DNA of 60,231 bases, filler included, from Sphacelaria rigidula (Eukaryota), in assembly GCA_964200075.2 (NCBI GenBank). It is 4 parts of 4 records of this genome, joined end to end, with 100 filler letters (N's around TTAATTAATTAA, not from the genome) between each part and the next. Parts side by side here need not be neighbours in the genome. Positions count along the whole stretch, not along the records: positions 1 to 14,985 come from CAXNAA020001964.1; positions 15,086 to 30,068 come from CAXNAA020001965.1; 2 more parts are not named here. One strand, given 5' to 3'. The position numbers were made by a program, and so were the translations under genes. Positions within the stretch are counted from its first letter, which is position 1. Each line of letters starts with the position of its first letter. This document shows positions 12,356 to 23,020 of this stretch, in pieces. A model generated the notes under the pieces. It ran no database searches. It was given only the letters and a program-made list of their open reading frames with translations, and had not been told where the DNA came from.

Positions 12356-12853
12356 TGTCAAAAGGTTAAGCCGGATGTACAGGAAACACGAGTCGCTATG
12401 CAATACTCAGTCAGTAGACAAGACAAGAGCCCGACAACGGGCTGGAGCAATCAGCAGAGTGCACGAGGCTGTAACTCTTGTTGATGTGTCCAAGATATTC
12501 TTCTGATCTCATGTGTAGGTTTAGTATATCTCTTCGTTAAATGTTTGGTCTCAACCTTCTGCTTGTTCAATCTCTCACGTTCAATCTCTCACGTTCACTC
12601 AATCATCTCACCAATGCTTAGCTTCCTTGCAGAGAGCTTGGGTGGCAAGTAGTAGTGCGGAACGATCGGGGGGGTGCCCGGGGGTCGACATACAGGCACC
12701 CCCTCGCTTTATACCCGTTCATACTCGTATCGACCAACTTTGAACAGACCTGCAGCCTTCAAGATATCCTGAACCAGTAACTGTCTAGACTCATTGACGG
12801 GTCTGAGCGTGATAACAAGCTAATATTCTAGACTAATATGCTCCTTCATGACA
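12356..12853 (-). repeat. 5' LTR (498 bp)
   Basis: TG...CA ends with inverted termini TGTCAAAAGG / TGTCATGAAGG; TATAAA on minus strand near 12710; adjacent PBS. Confidence 0.85.
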
Positions 12854-13602
12854 TGTGTCTTTTCTGGACAACCCAAGGACCAATCATCAATCACTGAAGT
12901 GATGGACGAGTGAGACGCGAGATATGGTGGAAGCCTGGTGAACCAACGGTAGGATTTGGTAATATTTTGATCACTACAAATCGTACTAATCCCTTTGGAT
13001 GGTATGCTTGTGGCACTCTTCCCCACCATCGTGTGTATTCGGCAGGTGTCCATTTGTGTTATTTTTAAGTGAAATGATCAGATCACAATAAGGCCCCTGC
13101 AGCATCATTTTTACGAAAAAATAACACAAATGGACATCTACCGCAAACACACGATCGTGGGGAAATGGGTCTCCAGCGGAATACGTACTCCTTTTCAAAT
13201 CGATCATTGCTCGGCAAGAAAAATGGAGGCGCAGAGACCTACCTGGACGAGACAACCGTAGCTCAGTCCACCACAAAACCATTCGGGAAAATAACCACCA
13301 GCGGACATCTGTCAAGGTGTCTATATTTTAGCTTCTTCTACCCCCGCCCTGGCCCCTGGGGTTTCCGCCCCTGGCGGAACTACATCTCTCTCGTCTTCGC
13401 CTCCCGCGACGATGGATACATCCAAGTCGTCAAGTTCCGCCAGTCGCGCAGGCAAGTACTTGAACACCTGCGTTTGCGGTTGACACCTGTACATGTGCAG
13501 ATATGCATATGGACTTAAAGATTCGTAGTTCAAGATCGTCGAAGAACTCATTATAATTATTTGCTCATCGGATTGCTGACTCCTCCACTGAAGTCGTTCA
13601 TC

Positions 13603-13768
13603 ACGAGCAATGACTCGAGTGCTCGCCCTATTCATTTGTTTCCCTAACGAGCAATGACTCGAGCGCTCGCCCTTTTCATATTTTTCCCAACGAGCAATGA
13701 CTCGAGTGCTCGCCCTTTTCATATTTTTCCCAACGAGCAATGACTCGAGTGCTCGCCCTATTCATTTT
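13603..13768. repeat. 4 x 43-44-bp tandem repeat, probably DNA-transposon subterminal array
   Basis: ACGAGCAATGACTCGAGTGCTCGCCCT.TTCAT.T.TTTCCC at 13603, 13647, 13690 and 13733. Confidence 0.9.
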
Positions 13769-14499
13769 TACGGCCAACGAGCAACCCAACGAGTGCGAGT
13801 GCCACGAGTCACACTCGTGCTCGTCCGACGTATGGAACATTTCCTATGGACAGGACCCGTGGGTCTTGTTCTCGGAAGAACAATAAGGATTGTTGGGTTC
13901 GCAAAACTGGGGCCCACATTACGCAGATATGACGGTGTCATAGGCTTCACGTCAAAACTGAATAATAAGGGATCTCAGATCATTCGACGTGTGTTTGCTG
14001 CTGACTAAGGCCAAGGCAATGTTCGACTGTTTTCAACTGCTTTGCCCTCATGTTCTCCTGACATTCGCTGCATAACCGCTGTCTTCGTGCTACCAAATCA
14101 AGGAGAACACAAAGATGATCACGGTGTAATAATGCCCCGCCAAATGTTATCCTGTTCGAACGATGATCTTCAACAGGCTTTTGTATTGTTCGGGTTCGTG
14201 TTTGAAATTTTCCATGATCTTGAAAAGGCTTTTGTGGTTCGGGATCGACACCCCGCGAAAAAGAGCCAGTTCGAGCGACTTTCGGTGGGCAGAACACGCG
14301 TCACAGGTATCAGATGACACTCAAACCTGAACGGCAAGGTACCGTTGCGCCTTCTTCGTGCGCTGCAAAAGAAAGCGCGGGATAAAATGCCTTGCTGCCA
14401 GAAAAAACTCGGCAAACGTGGTGAAAAATGTGAAATGATACATGTACAGGCGTCGTAAGTAAGGTAGGTACCCGGTACCGGTATGTGGGACATCTCATA

Positions 14500-14918
14500 C
14501 CCTACCGATACCGGTCCAATCGGGTATTTTCGAATATCACACCTACGATACCCACCATACAGCGGTATTTCGAGATTTCAATACCTACCGTACCCGCTCG
14601 ATCGGGCATTTTCAAAACTCATACCTCCGATAACCACGATACCACGTTATTTCGATATTTCAATACCTACCGTACCAGCCCGATGGGGGTATTTTTAGAT
14701 GTCGTACCTACAATACCTACGGTACCACGGTATTTCGAGATACCAATACCTACCGTACCCGCTCAAGTAGGTATTTTCAAAACTCATACCTACGACACCT
14801 ACGATACCACGGTATTTCGATATTTCAATACCTCCCGTACCCGCCCGATGGGGTATTTTCAAATGTCGTACCTACAATACCTACGGTACCACGGTATTTC
14901 GAGATACCAATACCTACC
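14500..14918. repeat. 82-bp tandem array with 164-bp higher-order period
   Basis: GGTATTTCGAGAT at 14565, 14729, 14893; TATTTCGATATTT at 14648, 14812; ATACCTACCGTACC motifs throughout. Confidence 0.88.
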
Positions 14919-14985
14919 GAGCAATGCTACGGTAGGGGTGCACTTTTTTCGCGAAATTTGGTCTGGTCCAGAGGCTCCTAAAGAT
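14919..14985 (+). mobile_element. Left end of MITE (same family as 19874-20129), truncated by contig end
   Basis: GAGCAATGCTACGGTAGGGGTGCAC...TCTGGTCCAGAGGCTC matches 19874-19932. Confidence 0.85.
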
Positions 14986-15085
14986 NNNNNNNNNNNNNNN
15001 NNNNNNNNNNNNNNNNNNNNNNNNNNNNNTTAATTAATTAANNNNNNNNNNNNNNNNNNNNNNNNNNNNNNNNNNNNNNNNNNNN
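14986..15085. other. Artificial contig linker N44-TTAATTAATTAA-N44
   Basis: Exactly 100 bp, six-frame stop core, identical at three places. Confidence 0.99.
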
Positions 15086-15346
15086 TCTTTCGTAGTCATT
15101 TAGATGAGTTCCTTCCGAAACATGTCTCAAAATTTGAGGTTCCAACTCGAAAAAACGAGTGGCGCGCGGTGATATTGCCGATTGACGAGCTTCTTGGCCG
15201 GCCCAGCTTGTAGCACTTCGGAGAACTAACTGCCCTGTGTGTACGCCGTGGCGCTCGCCAGCGTTCGAGAGTCATCGTGTACGTTTCCCGTCCCGAAAAA
15301 TTTGGACATGTCCGAAAAGACAGTGTCGATAATAATAGGGCAGTAT

Positions 15347-15547
15347 ACAAAAAGGGTAACGCATTTTTCGGTTTGGGGTGCGGCGCTGCACGCGGGCTGA
15401 ACACCTCGAAAGCACGTTCCAGCGTATTAGCCCCACGCCCAAGTTGTCTGGGCAGCATGCCCGACCACTGTTTTTCTATGTTCACACGTGGTACTAGGTT
15501 TAACTACGGCGCGGAGAACGATAGCCTGTGAGGGTACCCTTTTTTGT
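15347..15547 (+). mobile_element. ~200-bp MITE-like repeat, copy 1
   Basis: Termini ACAAAAAGGGTA...TACCCTTTTTTGT; a second copy lies in opposite orientation at 18073-18273. Confidence 0.7.
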
Positions 15548-15548
15548 T

Positions 15549-16123
15549 CAGGTGTTGACCCTTTAGTGCTCCAGTGCATACCCTGCTTTACCCTCTTTTG
15601 TGATATGGTGACTGTGCCGCCGCTCAGCAGAAGATACGCAGTCACAACCATACCCATTTCTTGTGAGTCACACCCCGCCAAAAAGGCCGAAACCCAACGA
15701 CCACGAAATTGTAGCGCCTTGCTGGTTAGTCCGTAGACCCGGATGATCCGACGATGGATACAGGACGCGAGCGCTTGTGTGCCGGAGCTCACAAAGATCC
15801 GACGAACACGCGCGAAAAATCTTGCCGCCACACACACGCCCGAACGGCATTATTTCGTTGGATCTGAGTGAGCTCCGAGACGCGAGTGTTCGAGTCCTGT
15901 ATGGTTCGTCGGATGTTTCGGGTCTGCGGATCAACCAGCAAGGGGCTACAATTTTTTGTCGTTGAGTTTCGGCCTGTTGGACGGAGTATAAGTCGCAAAA
16001 AAAATGGGTATGGTTGTGACTGTTCGGCGTATCTTCTGCGGAGCCGGCGGTACCGTCACCATTCCACAAGAAAGATCAAAGAAGGGTATGCTATGCACTG
16101 GAGCATTAAAGGGTCCACACGTG
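15549..16123. mobile_element. Foldback/MITE with ~250-bp imperfect inverted arms
   Basis: CAGGTGTTGACCCTTTAGTGCTCCAGTGCATA... versus ...TATGCACTGGAGCATTAAAGGGTCCACACGTG; the arms pair almost to the centre (~15800-15860). Confidence 0.85.
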
Positions 16124-16128
16124 TGCGA

Positions 16129-17998
16129 TGTGATAAGTGTGACACCCAACTGATGAAGGACAGTAGGATGGTATCTTGATATAGGATTAAGCCTTGAGTG
16201 ATTGCTTCGAGAGCCATGTACTCCGGTGTATTCCGTTCGAGAGTTGTGTACTCCGGGAGGGTCTTAATAAACCAGTGAGGGATTCTTACAACCCAATGCA
16301 GAGTCAAATCAAATACTACAGCACACTCAAAAACAATGAGCTCCTGACTCACTGGTAACCTTTAGTCTTGAGGTCTTGTTTGCCCAAAGCAGGTGGTGGC
16401 TGGATGTACGCAGCAGATGATCGGAACCCTGAAGATGTTTTTGATTAGTTTATACTGTAAATGCTGACCTCCAACTCGACGGTAGAGAACAACGTGGGGC
16501 GGTAAGGCTCCTACACCGAACCTGTCTTCCGACCCAAAAGATACTCAGTATCACTCGAAATCTTATACGTCCCGAGTTACTTCAAGCTGCATAAACGTAC
16601 ACGCAGGCCTTCATACTTCAGCAGCTGCTATCGGTCGATACTCAACCGAAATCGATGGCCGTTTGCTTTCAATAACAACATCATCCAACACCCGGTAACG
16701 ATCACGAGGTACATGCCTTCGAAACGTATCTACGTTTGGTGCACACCTGCTGCGGTGTACGTGCAAACATTCCAAGGGCAGGTCGGGCAGGGTATGTACT
16801 TTAGAATACTCGGGCAAAATACTCGGGTATCGGCTCTACCCAACGTTTGGGTAGATTTGGTACGGCCTCAATACTCATTTTTTTGGTAAATTGGGTACGG
16901 CTTCAAACACTCTACCCATTTTTTGGGTAGATTGAGGACGACCTCAAATATTCTCCCCAATATTGGGTACGCACTCTCAGCGATACCTGGGTATAGAGTA
17001 TCACGTGGGTATGACCTCAATCCCTACCCAAAATTTGGGTAGATTGAGTATAACCTGAAGCACTCTATTGTACCCAAATTTTGGGTTGATTGGGTATGAC
17101 CTCAAATAATAGTGGGTAAGTCGTCTCAGTAATACTCGGGTATAGAGTATCACTCGGGTATGACGAGTAACCGTGACCGTTGGAGACTTCGTGACGTCAC
17201 TTCACAGACTTTGTCGAATATATGGGCAAACGGTGGCCATCAATGAGATGAGTGATGTCACGTCACAGGCTACGATGAGTATGAGGGAACAGTGGCCATC
17301 AAAAAACAAAAAAAGCGTGCAGGTGCATGAACCTCTACCTGCCCCACCCCCGGCAGTACATACCCATAACCATACTTCATACTTCGCATCCTCTTCGACA
17401 TCAGTTTCAGTACAGAGCGCTACTCATCATCATTGGGTAATCAAGTAGACGGGTAGTCGGGTAGGTATAGTTAAAATGAGCAACTCTACGGGCCGCACAT
17501 CTGACTCCTCTGTGGGAGACCCAGCGGTGGAAACGGTGGAAAATGTGGGAACAACGCAACAGTCGCGGGAAACAACAGAAAAAGGCGCTACGAGGTCAGG
17601 AGTGACAGACCTGACTCCAAAACAGGCCCCGATGGTCCGTTTTCTACAGGCGGTTTGGGTATCTTGGGTACGAACTTGAATACTAAAGTTATACCCAAGG
17701 TTTTGGTATACTGGGTCCGGCGTCAAATACTCTACCCAAATTTTGGGTAGATTGAGTATGACCTCAAATACTCTATACCCCAAATTGGGGTAGATTGGGT
17801 ACGATCTCATATACTCTACCCAAATTTTGGGTACTACGAGTATGACTGTTAAAAAAATGGCGAGTATAGGGTGTACCCTACCCGACCTGCCCTTGACACA
17901 TTCACCTGAAATCCACTTCTCCTACCCGCCAGTCATATCTTGGTTGAATCTCGGAGAATGACAGAGCAACTTCACACTCCTTGTCTTATCTCATCACA
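16129..17998. mobile_element. Solo LTR (~740 bp net) interrupted by a hAT element
   Basis: TGTGATAAG...CTCATCACA termini; 5-bp flanks TGCGA (16124-16128) / TGTGA (17999-18003), one mismatch. Confidence 0.7.
16773..17895. mobile_element. Non-autonomous hAT-like DNA transposon
   Basis: 22-bp TIR CAAGGGCAGGTCGGGYAGGGTA; 8-bp TSD AAACATTC / ACACATTC; subterminal arrays of TACCCAAATTTTGGGTAGATTGAGTA; no transposase. Confidence 0.88.
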
Positions 17999-18072
17999 TG
18001 TGAAGAAAAGAGGGTGAGAGATAATTTTCTAATTTTCTAGCACAGAGCAGGGTGTACCCTCCTGCTTTGTTT

Positions 18073-18273
18073 ACATAAAAAGGTACTCTCACGGGCTATA
18101 TTTTTCCGCGCCGTAGTTAAGTCTAGCACCACGTGTGAAATTGAAAAACAGTGGTCGGGCATGCTGCCCAGACACCCTGGGCGTGTGGCTGAGGCGCTGG
18201 AATGTGTTTTCGAGGTGTTCAGCCCGCGTGCAGCATCGCGCCCCAAACCGAAAAATATATCACCCTTTTTTGT
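18073..18273 (-). mobile_element. ~200-bp MITE-like repeat, copy 2
   Basis: Reverse-complement homologue of 15347-15547 (shared GGGCAGCATGCCCGACCACTGTTTTTC core). Confidence 0.7.
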
Positions 18274-19080
18274 TCAAAAAGCACCATGATGTACCCTTTT
18301 TTGTATGTTTCCCACAATAATAGGCCTCACACGTTTTACCTCGAGCTCCAGTAGAGCCTCCTCGAGTTCGCTTCCAGCATTGAGCTGCTCGCCCCTTCTC
18401 CGAACTCGGCGGTCGCTCCTCTGCCGTGCTTTCACTACCAAGCCTTCTATTTCGGCCTCCCTTTTGGCTATCTGGGGCAATTATCAGGAAAGCCGCAAAG
18501 GACAGTCGTTTACGGTCTCATTCTGTTACTACAAAAACTCCCGTACGGTTATCGTCTGAGACCACAGAAGCAGGATTGTCGGGTAGCCTGCAAGCATTTT
18601 CTATCGGGTATTGCATAAAATTGTGGCTGATCTGTATTCTTGTGTCCAATAAGTAGTGTATCCGGACAACGATCTCCATTCAAAAAAACATGGACAGAAA
18701 GCACTATTCAAGCATGGCAGCTCAAGCGCTGGCAGTACGGTACTGTTAAATACCATAGTGCGTCCCACCTGCATCCTACCCGTAGGTAGTATAGTCAGAA
18801 ATACACGTTACCCACAGTCAGTGCTGTTCACGATTTTGATGACCCTGCAAGTTCGGTTAGTTCTAGACTTTATATTACAAGGTACAGTAGATCTTGGCCC
18901 ACGTACTATACTGTGCTATGCTGCACGATGTTGTACGGCACTTGAACATACACATCTTAGCAATGCGGTCATACAACCGCACCGTCTATTCATGTTGCGT
19001 CTCATTTATGTATGGAGGCATACGAGCACTTTGAATGACGCACTATACAGGGAACAGCACAGTTTCGGTTCTCGGGAAGC

Positions 19081-19735
19081 CTTGCATTATCGTGTGGCCT
19101 CCATCTGGGATTTGATGATCCCTCTGGGTATCCATCTGGGATTTGATTATCCCTCTGGGGTACCCATCGGGGATATGGACGTCCATCTGGGAAATGTGGA
19201 CGTAAATTTGGGATACCCATATCCCAGACGGATGTCCATGTCGCAGATGAACATCAATATCTCCGATGGGTGCCGATATCCCGGAGATATGTTCACATCC
19301 CACGTGGATATTATCCCAGAGGAATATACACATCCTTGATGGATATCCCGGATGGACGTCCTTATGCGATGCGGAGGTTGCACGATAATGCAAGACCGTT
19401 TAAAAAGTCGACGGTCAACGCTCCTACCGCCCCGACCCCTAGTTTTGACGTCAAACGAGCGGGCTTTTCGAGGGGGTTCGGAAATAAATAAGCCGTAGGA
19501 GCTAAGTTTTCACCGATTATGCTCGCATCGAATTTCTTTTATAAGATAATAGCATATAAAGCGGGGGTATTAGCATAATCGGTGAAAGCCTAGGAGCTTT
19601 AACCGCCGACTATGTGAACGGTCTTGCATTATCGTGCAACCTTCGTCTGATATGTTGACGTCCATTCGGGATATCCATCTAGGATGTGTATATTCCTCTG
19701 GGATAATATTCACCTGGGATGTGAATATCTCAAGT
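19081..19735. repeat. Cluster of nested inverted repeats (MITE-like fragments)
   Basis: CTTGCATTATCGTG at 19081 and 19623 with its complement at 19381; TTCACCGATTATGCT / AGCATAATCGGTGAA hairpin at 19509-19586; GGATAT/ATCC-rich internal repeats. Confidence 0.6.
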
Positions 19736-19873
19736 GCAAGTTCATGATGACGAGAAAATGTCGAAAACGCCGTTGCCGTAGGCACACCGCGCGGCATAGT
19801 TCCTCGTACATAGGCCGCAACTAGAAGAGCAAATTGCCGTCTCGACACAGATGAGCAATATCCCCCGAGATTA

Positions 19874-20129
19874 GAGCAATGCTACGGTAGGGCTGCACTT
19901 CTTGCGAAAAATCTTGTCTGGTTCAGAGGCTCATAACGATTCTAGATTCACAAGAATATGGGTCAGGGCATCACCGGTTGCAGATTCAATCGGGATATCC
20001 TCAGCACATTGGAAAAGTAATCCTGGCGTACTCTCACGTATTTCATACGTCGTGTTTTGGATGAGATAAAGGGCTCCTAACAATTCCAACATCGGGAAAT
20101 ATTTGTGCACCCCTACCGTAGCATCACTC
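19874..20129. mobile_element. 256-bp MITE, GAG...CTC termini (Sola-like by termini only)
   Basis: 25-bp TIR GAGYRATGCTACGGTAGGGSTGCAC; 4-bp flanks ATTA / ATTG. Confidence 0.82.
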
Positions 20130-20140
20130 ATTGAGCCAGC

Positions 20141-20540
20141 TTGATTGATTGATTGTCGCACTTTAACTGACCCCCCAGGGGTCATGATCCAGCCGTGGTC
20201 TCATGGTAGACGTACCCAACAAAAACGAAACTGAAACATGCTCTAAGGAAAACAAAAAAAAAAGGAACAGAAAAAAAGAAAAAAAAAGGAAGAGGGGTCG
20301 AACAGAACGACATATGAGACTAAGTCGTGGCGAAAAAAAAAGTAATAAAAAGTCAGCACAAGCAAAGCACAGAAAGAAATGGCCGACCTAAAACAAGAAA
20401 AAGGAAAACAGCTGACAACGATATATATATATATATATATGTGTGATCGTGCATGTATACGAAGTCGTCAGCGCACACACAACATAATGGTAGATGCCAG
20501 CGAATGACTTTCACTCTCCAGTCTCATGGTAGCGAAGAGT
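20141..20540 (-). mobile_element. 3' end of a non-LTR element/SINE with (AATC)n tail
   Basis: GATTGATTGATTGTCGCACTTYAACTGACCCCCCAGGG...GTCTCATGRTAGACGTACCCA recurs at ~50610 and ~57105. Confidence 0.75.
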
Positions 20541-20907
20541 GTACTTTACTAGCAGGAGTAGCATTAAAAAATAGGGAAAGGCTATTCACCTGTCGCGATT
20601 TGTAAATAGTGATGTACAAGTCGCGACTGTTAAATAGGTATGTACAAGTCCAGCCGCGATTTGACTACCTGCCTACGTTCGTCCCATGTGCCTTGCATCG
20701 ACACCACAGCAGCTGCAATACACTCGCACAGTCCGTAGCCATCGTTCGAGCCATCGCACGGTGCAAACGGCCTCGTAGCGAACGAGAAAGGCGCCTGCTA
20801 CACAGAGTGCCAAACCATTACGCCACCCGACTGGACTTGTACATAGTTATGTACCAGTCGCTACTTATAAACAGTTATAGTATGTAGATGTACATCTGGA
20901 GAAGTAT

Positions 20908-23020
20908 GTGGCGAGGTTCGAAGCGATCTACAAGGATCGCGACATGAGAGGCCTGTACAAACACCTCAAGAGATCGGTGGGTCTTGGCGGAAGGCAATCC
21001 GGGGGGCAGCAGTTCATCAAGGACGAGAACGGCGTTCTACTGGGGAGTGAAATTGCCATCCTTAAACGGTGGGCGAGGTCCTTCCGCACTCTGCTTAACG
21101 CCAAATCGCCCACGCTGAACCCAGCCATCATCGAGGAGGTGAAGCAGCGACCGGCAGCTTCAATCACCGTTGATTCGGTACCGCTTGGGGCAGCACTAAC
21201 GCTGGAGAAAACCAGACGAGCAGTCCGAGGGATGCACAACCGGAAAGCGCCAGGACACGACTCCATCCCTGTAAAACTACTCAAGATCGTCGGTCAAGCC
21301 AAACCCTTCGTTATCGAACGCTTCCATGCCATCCTGGTGAGGAACAGAGGTGAGGTCCCGCAGGAGTGGAAAGACGCTACCATCAAAGTGCTCTATAAGA
21401 AATCAGACCGCTCCAACTGTAACAACTACCGGGTAATCTTACTGGTGCCACGCGCAGGGAAAGTGCTTTTGAAGATAGTGGCCAACCGCCTCAGCGACTA
21501 CTGCGAAGCACACGGGATACTACCGGAGGAACAGTGCAATGTTAGACCTGATCGTTCCACCGTCGACATGCTGTTCGTTGTGCGCCGACGCCAGGAACGG
21601 GGACGACGACGGAGAATACCACTACACATATACTTCGTGGACCTCCAAAAGGCCTATGATTCGGTCGACCGAGAGCTTCTATGGCAGGTGCTCGCCCGAA
21701 CTGGGATTCCAGACGAGATTATAGCCGTTATCCGCCAATTCCACGATGGTATGCAGGCCCGCGTACGCATGGACGACGGGGAGCTCTCGGAGTGGTTCGA
21801 GGTCACCCAGGGACTACGGCAAGGGTGTGTGCTGTCTCCGCTGCTGTTTAATATATTTTTCGCTGCGGCGCTCGAGATAGGTTTCGTGCGATTCAGCGAG
21901 GACGACATCATCCTCAAGGACATGGTATACCTCGGCGAGGAGACGGTGAGGGAGGCGGAGACACCTCTGGAACGCGTACGGAGAGCGGTGTGGGGAATGC
22001 TGTATGCCGATGACGCGGCCGTCGTCTCGAGGTCCCCTGGCGGCCTGGCGAGGATGATGACAGTTATAGTATGCGTGTTCGGGGCCTTCGGACTGACGGC
22101 GTGGGAGAAGAAGACAGAGACTCTACTGATGCGAGCACCGAAAAAACCACCGCAGGAGGGGGAGCCACCAATATCACGCCCCCACCACCACTGGCAATCG
22201 AAGCAGCGGGTCAGAAGTACGCACAAACCACGAAGTTCCGATATCTGGATGGGCTCGTCACCCAAGATGGCGACCTCACACAAGAGATCAATAACTGGAG
22301 CAGAGCCGCACGGGCGTGCATCAGAAAGTTTTCCCGAGAGCTCTTTGACCGACCGAAAGCACCGTGGGAACTCCAAATCCGACTGCTGAAGGCAGAGGCG
22401 ATGGAGACCCTACTATATGGATGCATGACGTGGGCCCCGCGCCGCGAGCACTACCTGCTGCTAAGAACGGTACACTACCGGCTCCTTCTACGGGATATCG
22501 GGTACCGCCGAGTGCATGGCACATACCGACAGTTGTCATACGCCCAGGCCCTCAAGAAGACTGGGTGCCAAGGTGCTGAAGCCATCATCCGACAACGGCG
22601 ACTGCTGCTCGCGGAAGCCTTGGCTAGACAACCGGACGGACAACGCCCGAAGCGACTGGCATTCGGAACACTCGTGGAGGGCGTTCTCATGTGTTGCTTG
22701 CCTTAGTAGTCTGACCGTTGACCACGCATCCCTTTCGAGACGGAGCCGGAACACTCGTGGAGGGGGAGGATCCAGGACTAGGGTGCCTGGAGCAAAACTG
22801 GTTGGAGTGCCTGCGGGACGATTTCAAGCTTTCGGAGCCATGAACGGCTCTACGGACGACAAGCGACAGACGTTCGAAGTTTCTGACCTTCAGCAGGGAA
22901 GAGGGAAGGGGGGGAAACATGGCACGCGGGGGTGCTGCAGGGAGCGGAGAGGCTCATAGCCTCTTGGCACAAGATCGAGGAAGAGATCAGCCGACAACGT
23001 GCGATTAAACGGGAGATTTG
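20908..23020 (+). pseudogene. LINE reverse transcriptase, frameshifted near 22170 and interrupted at 22682
   Basis: [46 protein letters not shown]; continues in ORF 22071-22706 as FRYLDG...LLYGCMTW...IIRQRRLLLA. Confidence 0.95.
22682..22746 (-). mobile_element. 65-bp 3' tip of a different LINE inserted with an 18-bp TSD
   Basis: CGGAACACTCGTGGAGGG duplicated at 22664-22681 and 22747-22764; the insert matches 51023-51088 (APSRKGCVVNGQTTKAS). Confidence 0.92.

Larger units (their letters stand above)
1..12853 (-). mobile_element. Degenerate Ty3/gypsy LTR retrotransposon (5' LTR, PBS, gag, protease, RT, RNase H, integrase, PPT, partial 3' LTR-like sequence)
   Basis: Minus-strand domain order gag (CCHC) - protease (LLDSGS) - RT (YLDD) - RNase H (TDAS) - integrase (HHCC + DDE) is the gypsy order. 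LTR and PBS at 12337-12853. Multiple stops and frameshifts. Confidence 0.95.

Noticed and set aside
1..12853. DIRS/Ngaro (tyrosine recombinase) interpretation of the unmatched terminal repeats
   Set aside because: The element encodes a DDE integrase and an aspartic protease; no tyrosine recombinase motifs are seen.
14485..14985. 182-aa repetitive ORF
   Set aside because: Translation of an 82-bp DNA tandem array running into a gap; the period is not a multiple of 3.
15030..15041. TTAATTAATTAA motif recurring every ~15.08 kb
   Set aside because: Assembly linker embedded in N-runs, not biological periodicity.
18656..19339. 227-aa ORF
   Set aside because: No recognisable domain; the 3' half runs through inverted-repeat/MITE sequence.
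21654..22376. 240-aa antisense ORF, and similar antisense ORFs over the gypsy and NB-ARC regions
   Set aside because: Shadow frames of GC-rich coding sequence on the opposite strand.
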